DNA of 64,000 bases from assembly GCF_009914755.1 (NCBI RefSeq), contig NC_060946.1; one strand, 5' to 3'. Positions 12,301 through 22,345 of the stretch are shown here, piece after piece. Origin of the DNA: the human T2T-CHM13v2.0 reference genome, Homo sapiens. A program made the translations under genes and the position numbers. Every line of letters begins with the position of its first letter. The stretch's first letter is position 1. Under the pieces are notes generated by a model. That model was given only the letters and a program-made list of their open reading frames with translations, had not been told where the DNA came from and searched no databases.

Positions 12301-13500
12301 CAGGTGTGGCCAGGCTGGGGTCCTGGGAGAGGCAAGCAGACTAAGGAGGGCTGAGGTCACACCAGCTCCATCTCATGTGCAAGACCACCCAGCAGAATAG
12401 ACCAAGCAGAGGAAAGAATCCCAGAGCTTGAAAACTGGCTTTCTGAAATAAAACAGGCAGACAAGAATGGAGGAAAAAATAAGGAAAATGAGTGAACAAA
12501 ACATCCAAGAAATATGAGATTATATAAACGACCAAATCTATGACTGATTAGTGTACGTGAAAGAGATGAGGAGAATGGAACCAACTTGGAAAACATACTT
12601 CAGAATATCATTCATGAGAATATCCCCAACCTATCCAGACAGGCCAACATTCCAATTCAGGAAATCCAGAGAACCTCAGTAAGATAAGCCACGAGAAGAT
12701 CATCCCCAAGACATATAATCATCAGATTCTCCAAGGTCAAAATGAAAGAAACAATGTTAAAGGCAGCTAGGGAGAAAGGCAACGTCACCTGCAAAGGGAA
12801 TTCCATCAGACTTAGCAGACTTCTCAGCTGAAACCCTACAAGCCAGAAAAGATATTCAACTTCTTAAAGAAAAGAAATTTCACGTAATATGGCAGAGACA
12901 GATATACCATATAATAACATGGTGTTATTATAAATGGTTAAAAGAAAAAGAAATCTCAACCCAGAATTTCATGTCCAGCAAAATTAAGCATCATAAGTGA
13001 AGGAGAAACAAGATCCTTTTCAGACAAGCAAATGCTGAGAGAATTCATTATCACCAGATCTACCTTACAAGAGCTCCTGAATGAAGCACTAAATATGGAA
13101 AGAAAAGACCATCACCAGCCACTACAAAAATGCACCGAAGTACTCAGACCAGTAATGCTAAAAACCAACCACATACACAAGTCTGCAAAATAACTAGCTG
13201 ACAGCATGACGACAGGATCTAATCCACACATACCATTACTAACCTTAAATGGAAATGGGCTAAATGCTCCGATTGAAAGACACAGGGGGGCAAGCTGGAT
13301 AAAGAACCAAGACCCATTTGAGTATGCCGTCTCCAAGAAACCCATCTCACATGCAGTGCCATACCTAGGCTCAAAATGAAGGAATGGTGAAAAATCTTTC
13401 AAGCCAATGGAAAACAGAAGAAATCAGGTGTTACACTCCCAGTTTCGACAAAACGTATATACCAATAAAGATAAAAAAAGACAGAGAAGGACATTACAAA
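9381..13500 (+). mobile_element. Older primate L1 (L1PA13-16/L1PB-like): 5'UTR, degraded ORF1 and start of ORF2, 3'-truncated
   Basis: Tandem 5'UTR monomers at 9385-10300; ORF1 motifs (agaatagaccaagcagaggaaagaatc, aacattccaattcaggaaatccagagaac); ORF2 start atgacgacaggatctaatccacacata at ~13206. Confidence 0.85.
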
Positions 13501-14485
13501 GGTGGTCCTGACCTTTGATAAATCTCATTATTGATTGATACCAACCTGGGCTATCTTTATTGCCCAAACCAACAGGATAATTTGCTGAGGTTGTGGAGCT
13601 TCTCCCCTGCAAAGAGTCCCTGATCTCCCAAAATCTGGTTGAGATCTAAGTTTGATTTTGCTGTACAACTCCTTTTCTGAAGTTTTACTCATTTCCAACA
13701 AGGAAGACAAGTTTTCCTGCTTCTGTGGTGATGGAGAGCAGGCACCTCCTTTCCTGAGTTTCGGCTTGCTTCTGACAGGGAAGGTGAGTGTAAGTTGTTT
13801 CCAGCTTCTAAGATGGCAGAGAACGATCACCAGCCTGAGCCTTGTTTCCAGGTAAGTAGCTGAATTAGAGTTTTGTCTTAAAATTTTTCCTTAATGACTA
13901 AAATTTAAGATTACTCACCAGCTGCTTTTAATTTCTGCTTTTAGTTTCTCCTTACCATTAGAACACTCAGTAATCATATGAATTGTGCATTTGTTGTTTT
14001 GCTTAACTCTTTTTGTTTGTTTATGCCTGGGGCTTTATTGTTGTTTCACTTTTCTCCCGTCTCTTCCTGATTTGGTCAAATCCAAAGGAATTTTCCAAAT
14101 TGCAGGCAGCAAGCCCTCTGAATTGGCTAAAACTCCTATGGCTGCAAACAAACAAACAAACAAACAAATAAACAACAACAAAAAACATTCCAGTTAGCAG
14201 AAATTATTTTTTAAAACTTTTTTTTTTATATAAGTGGTCTCATCTACATAACAAGGCCACCCTTTTGCTAGCCAAGGCTAAACTGAAGGAGTAGTGGTGG
14301 TGATCCAATGTGAAGATTCTGCCCTGTTCACTACAGAAACCTGAGTTTGGTTCCTAAGTCTAGTTCTTTCTGTTTGATATTTGTGTTACTTTTAAAGCGT
14401 CAGCAGTTTGTCCCAGCTATGATGTGGTAATAAAAGATTCAAAAGGATTTTCTTTGCAAGTTCTATGATTAAAAGCTTAATTAAA
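13501..14485 (-). mobile_element. Probable ERV internal fragment, family unresolved
   Basis: Abrupt replacement of L1 ORF2 by non-L1 sequence that resembles ERV internal DNA; no diagnostic motif verified, strand uncertain. Confidence 0.35.
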
Positions 14486-14489
14486 AGCA

Positions 14490-16102
14490 AATTTCTTCTT
14501 TTTAATTATACTTTAAGTTCTGGGGTACATGTGCAGAACATGCAGGTTTGTTACATAGGTATACACATGCCATGGTGGCTTGCTGCATCCATCAACCCAT
14601 GATCTACATTAGTTATTTCTCCTAATGCCATCCCTCTCCTAGCCCACCACCCTGACAGGCCCTGGTGTGTGATGTTCCCCTTCCTGTGTCCATGTGTTCC
14701 CATTGTTCAACTCCCAGTTATGAGTGAGAACATGTGGTGTTTGGTTTTCTGTTCTTCTGTCAGTTAGCTGAAAATGATGGTTTCCAGTTTCATTCATGTC
14801 CCAGCAAATGACGTGAATTCATCCCTTTTTATGGCTGCATAGTATTTCGTGGTGTATATATGCCACATTTTCTTTATCCAGTCTATCATTGGTGGGCATT
14901 TGGGTTGGTTCCAAGTCTTTGCTGTTGTGAACAGTGTCGCAATAAACAGACAGGTGCATGTGTCTTTATATTAGAATGATTTATAATTTTGGGGGTATAT
15001 ACCCAGTAATGGGATTGCTGGGTCAAATGATATTTCTAGTTGTAGATCCTTGAGGAATTGTCACACAGTCTTCCACAACGGTTGAAGTAATTTATATTCC
15101 CACCAACTGTGTAAAAGCTTTCCTATTTCTCCACATCCTCTCTAGCATCTGTTCTTTCCTGATTTTTTAACGATGACCATTCTAAGTGGTGTGAGATTGT
15201 ATCTCATTGTGGTTTTGATTTCCATTTCTCTAATGACCAGTGATGACGTGCTTTGCTTCACATGTTCATTGGCTGTATAAATGTCTTCTTTGGTAAGTGT
15301 CTGTTCATACCCTTTGCTCCCTTTTTGATGGTTTTTTTTTTCTTGTAAATTTGTTCTATGTAGATTCTGCATATTGGCACTTTGTCAGATGGATAGATTG
15401 CAACAATGTTCTCCCATTGTGTGGGTTGCCTGTTCACTCTGATAATAGTTTCTTTTGTGCTGCAGATACTCTTAAGTTTAGTTAGATCTCATTTGTAAAT
15501 TTTGGTTTTTGTAGCCATTGCTTTTGGTGTTCTAGTGATGAAGACTCTGCCCATGGCTATGTCCTGAATGGTATTGCCTAACACAAGGACATTTCTTTGC
15601 CTGAGTGCTATACCACCCAAAGTAATTTATAGACTCATTGCTGTCCCCATCAACCTACCATTACTTTCTTCACAGAATTAGAAAAACTACTTTAAATTTC
15701 ATATGGAACCAAAAAAGAGCCCACATAGCCAAGAAAATCCTAAGCAAAAACAGCAAAGCTAGAGGCATCACAGTACCTGACTTCAAATTATTCTACAAGG
15801 CTACAGTAACCAAAACAGCATGGGGCTGGTAACAAATCAGATCTATAGACCAATGGAACAGAACAGAGGCCTCAGAAATGACACCACACATCTAAAAGCA
15901 TCTGATTTTTGACAAACCTGACAAAAACAAGCAAAGGGAAAGGATACCCTATTTAATAAATGGTGTTGGGAAAACTGGCTAGGCAAATGCAGAAAACTGA
16001 AACTGGGCCACACCCATACACCTTAAACAAAAATTAAGTAAGATGGATGAAAGAGTTAGAAGTAAGACCTAAAACCATAAAAAATCTAGAAGAAAACCTA
16101 GG
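14490..16102 (-). mobile_element. 5'-truncated L1PA with twin-priming 5' inversion
   Basis: L1PA 3' end on the minus strand (attatactttaagttctggggtacatgtgcag) to ~15580; plus-strand ORF2 piece ~15613-16102 ends gaaaacctagg, contiguous in L1 consensus with the minus-piece start taggcaataccattcaggac. Confidence 0.9.
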
Positions 16103-16104
16103 CC

Positions 16105-18785
16105 ACCAACCTCAGGGGAAATGACCTGTAGTGAAATGCATGGTACAAACATGCATTCCCTGCTTCCTTGAGTGGGCAACGTTGATGGCTAGTCCAACCA
16201 CTTCAGGCACACCCTTGCAAACGCGGCTGGTTGCTTTTTGAGCCAGCTTGGCCTTGCCCGGCATACACAAGCCTCAATGCAGCAACTGTGCTAAAAATGG
16301 AGCCACACAGAGGAAATGAGCAGCAAGCTCAGAAGCAGGGTGTGCACTGCCTTTGGGGCTCCAGTCCATGCCTCAGGGCTTATATGGGACTGCAGGATTC
16401 TTGGTTGCCAAGAGGTAGACCATAGACCAGCCGAGGAGGACTTTATGTTCAAGGGCAGAAAGCAGCCAGGTTTACCACCCAGGGGACTCGGCCTTCTGTG
16501 GCCCCGGCCAGACTTAGAATTTGGCTCAAAGCAGGACCAGCTCACTCGGAGTAGTGTGTCAGTAGCTGGGGCCTGTACATGCTAGGCAAGGCTAAGCTGG
16601 CTCAAAGAGCAACCAGCTACCACTGCAAGGGTGCTTCTGGAGGAGGTGGAGCAGCCAGCAACCTCAGTTACACAAGGAAGCAGGGATGGCCAGGTTCTCA
16701 CAGCATGAGTGGCCACTGCCTGATGGCTGATCAAGCAGAGGCCTGAGGAAAAGCAGATGGCAGTTGGGCCCTACCTCTAGGGTAGAAGAACTGATGTACT
16801 CTGACCAGTAGTGAGTGAGGTTGGTGGTGGGTCCACCGGCTCCTGGAACACCCTTGCAGAGGAGGCTGTTTGCTCTTTAAGGCAGCTTGGCCTTGCCTGG
16901 CATGCACAGGCCCCAGGTACTGACACGCTGCTCCCAGTGAACTTGTTCTGCCTTGGACCAAATTCTAAGTGGCTTGGAGTTTGCCCAGCATGCACAAGCC
17001 TCAGTGTAATAACTGTGCAACAAACGGAGCCACATAGACGAAACGAGCAGCAGGCTCAGAAGCAGGGTGTGCCCTGCCTTTGGGGCTCCAGTCAATGCCT
17101 CAGGGTTCCTATGGCACTGCGGGTTTCTTGGTTGTCTAGCTGCAGACCAGAGGCTGTCTTGAGGAGGACTTTATGTTCAAGTGCAGAGAGTAGTCAGGAT
17201 TACCATCCAGGGGACTCTGCCTTCTGTGGTCCTCTCCAGACTTAGAATTTGGCCCAAGGCAGGACAAGCTGACTCGGAGAAGAGTGTCAGTACCTGGGGC
17301 CTATGCATGCCAGGCAAGGCCAAGCTGGCTCAGAGCAACCAGCCACCTCTGCAAGGCTGTGCCTGTAGCAGGCAGACAAGCCAGCAACCTCACCCACTCA
17401 AGGAAGCCTGGATGGCGAGGTTCCAACAGCATGAGTAGCTGCCACCTGATGCCTGATGGAGCAGAGGCCTGAGGAAAAGCAGGTGGCATATTTAACTCTT
17501 TAATCAATCTTAAGTTAATTTTTGTATAAAGCAGATGGCACTAGTCCATGCCTCATGGCTCATATGGCACTGCAGGTCACAGAAGGGCGAGTACCCAGGG
17601 TGGTAATCCTGCCTGCTTTCTGCACTTGAACATAAAGTCTTCCTCAAGATGGCCTGTGGTCTGCCTCTTGGCCCCACCTTTAGGGTAGAAGAACTGAGGT
17701 ACCACGTCTGGCAGTGAGTGAGGTTGGCGGCTGGTCCATCTGCTCCTGGCACACCCTTGCAGAGGTGGCTGCTTGCTCTTTGAGCCAGCTTGGCCTTGCC
17801 TGGCATGCACAAGCCTCACTGCAACAAGTGTGCTACAAATGGAGCCATATAGAAGAAATGATCAGCAGGCTCAGGAATGGGGCGTGCACTGCCTTTGTGG
17901 CTCCAGTCCATGCCTCAGGGCTCGTATGGCACTGTAGGCTTCTTGGTCGCCAAGAGGAAGAACACAGGCTGTCTTGAGGAGGACTTTATGTTCAAGTGCA
18001 GAAAGCTGCCAAGATTAGCACCCAGGGGACTGGGCCTTCTGTGGCCCTGGCCAGACTTAGAATTTGACCCAAGGCAGGACAAGCTGACTCGGAGCAGAGT
18101 GTCAGTACCTGGGGCCTATGCATGCCAGGCAAGGCCAAGCTGGCTCAGAGCAACTAGCCACATCTGCAAGGCTGTGCCTGTAGTAGGCGGACAAGCCAGC
18201 AACCTCAGCTATTCAAGGAAGGAGGGATGGCCAGGTTCCCACAGCCTGAGTGGTTGCCGCCTGATGACTGATAGAGCAGAGGCCTGAAGAAAAGCATATG
18301 GCACTGTGGCCCTACCTCTAGGGTAGAATAACTGATGTAACCTGACCAGCAGTGAGTGAGGTTGGTGGCCGGTCCACCGGCTCCTGGCACAACCTTGCAG
18401 AGGTGGCTGGTTGCTTTTTGAGCCAGCTTGGCCTTGCCCAGCATGCACAAGTCTGTGCAACAACTGTGACACAAATGGAGCCACACAGAGAAAATGAGCA
18501 GCACGCTCAGGAGCAGGGTGTGTGCTTCCTCGGGGGCTCCAGTCCATGCCTGAGGATTCATATGGCACTGCGGGCTTCTTGGTTGCAAAGAGGGAGACCA
18601 CAGGCCATCTTCAGGAGGTCTTTATGTGGAAGTGCAGAAAGCAGCCAGGATTACCACCCCTGGGACTCGGCCTTTTGTGGCCCTGGCCTGACAGAATTTG
18701 GCCCAAGGCAGGACAAGCTCACTCAGAGCAACATGTCGGTACCTGGAGCCTGTGCATGCTAGGCAAGGCCAAGCTGGCTCAAAGA
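16105..18785. repeat. REP522-like palindromic repeat array (~4 units of ~0.6 kb plus inverted fragments)
   Basis: Units begin cccttgcagaggtggctggttgctctttgagccagcttggccttgcctggcatgcaca and contain its reverse complement ~370 bp later; the family name is from recollection. Confidence 0.7.
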
Positions 18786-19860
18786 GTACCCAGAGCATCC
18801 ATTCTGGTGGATGGGCAAACCACATGGCCATCTTCTGGGTGTGAGCACAGTGCCACATCTTCCATCACTTTCTGATATATCCCACCACAACTGAAGAGAC
18901 AGCCTGGAGAGAGTGCAAGAGGAAGGCTGAGAAGGATGAGATAGTGAGTGCTGGCCTCTTTCTGACCCTCAGCACACCCCCAGGTGGTGACCATCAACCT
19001 TTAGGGGTGGGAGAGCAAGACTGATGGCTTCAAATGGTTCCCCAAGAAGATGGACACAGGCCACTCAGTTCAACCTCACAGCCAATGAGTTGACAAGCAA
19101 GCAGATGACAGTGACAGGCTTTTAGAAAGAGCATCAGAAGGTGGCCAGCTTTTCTTCAGCCTCAGCCAGGCCTTGGAACGTGACTAGGCCATCCACTTCA
19201 CCAGAGATAGCTTCAAGAACATCAGTAAGCTCCTTGCCAGTCAGTCCAGGAAGGACCTGGACCCAGCCATGGACCTGTTGGTGCTGTCTCAGGGACACAA
19301 GACAAACATCCTGGACATCATCCACATACACAAGGAAGCTCTTACCAAAGTCATGGAGAACAGGCAACATGTGGCAGAAGGGAAGACAGAGATGCAGAGG
19401 CTGATGGCGTCATTATCACAGGAACAGGATTTCTTTGGTCACTTTGGCTGAAATTTACCACTTCCATCCAATTCACTCAAGTGAGAGACTTGAAATCACA
19501 GATGGAGCATTTCTTGCAACAAGAGATACTATTTTTTCAAACAGTCACCTAAAATTTGATAGTGTTGAATGACTAGCTATTCAATTGTGGACTTTTTCCA
19601 GTTCATGGGTACTTTCTACAGCAGAATGATAACAGTATCAAAGAGCTGGTGCCAGCTATCGGTGGTAGTACAAGGATGACTTTGTGCTCAACTGAAACCC
19701 AGCTGAATATAGAATTGTGTAGGAAAGTGTTAATATGGTGATAGAATAGAAACAGTAGCAAATGAACTAAATCATACTATGAATGCCTACACTACCATTA
19801 TAACTTTTTGAAGAATGATAATACCACTTACTTTATTGCCTTTTGAAGTAGGAATATTTT
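18786..19860 (+). pseudogene. SNX18: Processed, 5'-truncated SNX18 pseudogene (PX end, BAR domain, 3'UTR); 3' boundary approximate
   Basis: Translates to [71 protein letters not shown]; contains stops and frameshifts; no intron at K-ALTKV. Confidence 0.93.
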
Positions 19861-19964
19861 AGTGGATATCCTATAGATCTGAAACCCTATAAAGAATCCC
19901 AAAGAAGCTGGCTGGATAAAGCCTGCTATGGATGTCTTTATACTCAAAGACTGATGAGGCAATT

Positions 19965-21095
19965 CGAATATGTGTCCCCACCAAATCTCTTGTTGAATTA
20001 TGCTTCCTAATGTTGGAGGTGGATCCTGGTATAAGGTGATTGAATCATGAAGGCAAATTTCTCATGAGTGGTTCAGCACCATCCCCTTGGTACTGTCCTC
20101 ACAATCATGAGTGACTTCTCGTGAGATCTGGCCACTGAAAACTCTATATCACTCCCTACTCTCCGTGATTTCCTCTTGCCATGTGAGACAATTCACTCTT
20201 TCATTAGCTTGCATAATGATTGGAAGATTTCTGAGGCCCCCCAGAAACAGAAGCACTAAGCTTCCTGTCCACTCTGCAGAACCATGAGCCAATTAAACCT
20301 CTTTTTCAAAATAAATCTTACCAAAAATGGTAAATGAGGACTGGAGCATTGCTATAAAGATACCTGAAAATGTGGAAGCAACTTCGGAACTGGGTAATGG
20401 GTAGAGGTTGGAAGAGTTTGGAGGGCTCCAAAGAAGACAGACAGATGAGAACATTTTTGGATCATCTTAGAGACTGGTTAAATGGCTGTGACAAGAATGC
20501 TGACAAAAACATGGACAGTGAAGGCCAGGCTGAGGGGGCCTCAGATAAAAATAAGAAGCTTTCTGGAAAATGTCTCTCTTTTGGATATGGAAAGCTTACA
20601 CAATGCCTGTACCATCATTGTACCTTAGACGCAGTGAACTTGCTTTTTATTTCAGAGACTCGTAGGCAAAAGAGAATGTAGCCTTGACCCAGATGAGACT
20701 TTGCACTTTGTAACTTTGAGTTAATGCTGCAATGAGTTAAGACTTTGGGAGACTGCTGGCAAGGCATGACTGTATCTTGCAATGTGAGAAGGGCATGAGA
20801 TTTGTGGGGTCAGGGACAGAATAATACGGTTTTTCTCTATGCCCCTTCCAAAACTCATGTGAAAGTACACTCCCTAATGTTAGAGTCGGGGCCTAGGTGG
20901 AAAAAGCTTTAATCATAAAGGGGTGGGAGTGGATCCTTCACAAATGGCAAAGCACCAAGCCCTTAATGCCATCCTCCTGATAGTGAGTGAGTTCTCATGA
21001 CATCTAGTAGTTTAAAAGGCTGTGGAACCTCTTTCCTCTCTCTGTCTTGTTCCAACTTTTGCCATATGAAACATGTCATTGCCGCTTGGATTTCC
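19965..21095 (+). mobile_element. MST LTR - deleted internal - MST LTR (3' LTR truncated)
   Basis: tgtgtccccaccaaatctc...gaaccatgagccaattaaacctctttt LTR; internal start ggagcattgctataaagatacctgaaaatgtggaagc; second LTR from ~20825. Confidence 0.85.
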
Positions 21096-22010
21096 GGCGT
21101 GGTTAGGAGGGGCCTGATCAGTGTGGGCCTGGTCAGTGGACCTAGGTCAGTGAGGACTATTTAGTGGGATCGTGGTCAGCAGGGGTCTGCTTAGAGAGGG
21201 TCTCATTAGTGGGGTCTAGTAGTGGGGGTTTTGGTGAGTGGGGACCTATTGGCTGCCAGTTGTTTGGTGTCTGGTCAGTGCAAACCTGGGCTGTGGGGCT
21301 TGATCAGTGGAGAGCTGGTCAGCTGGGGCTTACTGCTGGCCTGGTCAGCATGGGCTGGGGCACTGGTGACCAGGTCAAGGTGTGCTATTCAGTGGAGGAC
21401 TGGGCACATGGGACCTAGTCAGCAGACCCTGGTGGGCGTGTCCTCATCAGTGAGGCCCTTGTCAGTGGGGCCCTGGTCAGGGCAGCCTTGTCAGTGGGAC
21501 CTAATCTGTAGTGTCCTGGTCAGAGAGGACTTGGTCAGTGGTGACTTTTGTAGCACTGGTCTACAGGGTGACCTGGTCAGCGGGGATCTCAGCATTTGGT
21601 GCCAGTTCAGTGGGGTCTACTCACTAGGGTCCCAGTCAGGGGCATCTGGTGACCTTAGGCCTGGTTATTAGGGGCCTGATCAGTGGCAACCTGTTCCCTG
21701 GAGGCCTGTCAGTGGGGCCTCATCTTTGGGACCAGGGAATGAGGTCATGATCAGTGGAACCTGATCAGTGAGGCCTTGTCAATAATGACCTAGTCAGTGA
21801 GGACTTGTCAGTAAGGACTTGGTCCGTGAGGCCTTGTCAGTGAGGCCTTGTCAGTAAGGTCCTGGTCAGTGGAGTCCTTGTCATTGTGGGCCTGGCAGTG
21901 GGGGCCTTGTTAGTGGGGCCTGGTCATGAGGGTCTAATCAGTGAGGGTGTCATCAGGGAGGACCTGATGTGCGGGGTCTGGTCAGCAGGGACCTGGTCAA
22001 TGTGGGCTGC
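21096..22010. repeat. Second GGTCAG 14-15 bp minisatellite
   Basis: Collinear with 6460-7250, with an extra internal block at ~21310-21410. Confidence 0.85.
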
Positions 22011-22345
22011 TGAGCACTGCTTGGATAAGCCAGGTGCAATGTGCATTATTTAAGGCCCTGTGGACAGCTGGGATAGCCCAGTGATGCCCAAGGGCCTAGT
22101 CAAAAGTGGACAAAGCACATGTTTGGATGGACCTGGGAGATCCTGCTCAGAGATTCTGACAGGACAAAGGTAAAGGAAGAGCCAGAGTGGCTGCAGAGAT
22201 GGTCACAGTCTATGGGCTGCACAGGATGAAGGAGGCCAGGGAACAGGCAGGGTGGGCAGTTGAGGTTCAGGGAGAGGCAGGTGCATGCTGGGAGGTCAGA
22301 CCCTGTGAGGGCTTTGGGGGCGTCAGCTTGGGTAGGCTCCAGGCA
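22011..22345 (+). repeat. Partial copy of the CAGGG-type element, truncated by satellite
   Basis: Matches ~7260-7590 (caaaagtggacaaagca...gctcagagattctgacaggacaaaggtaaagga). Confidence 0.8.

Noticed and set aside
19141-19451. SNX18-like ORFs as a coding gene
   Set aside because: Multiple stops, frameshifts and deletions relative to SNX18; 5' truncated.
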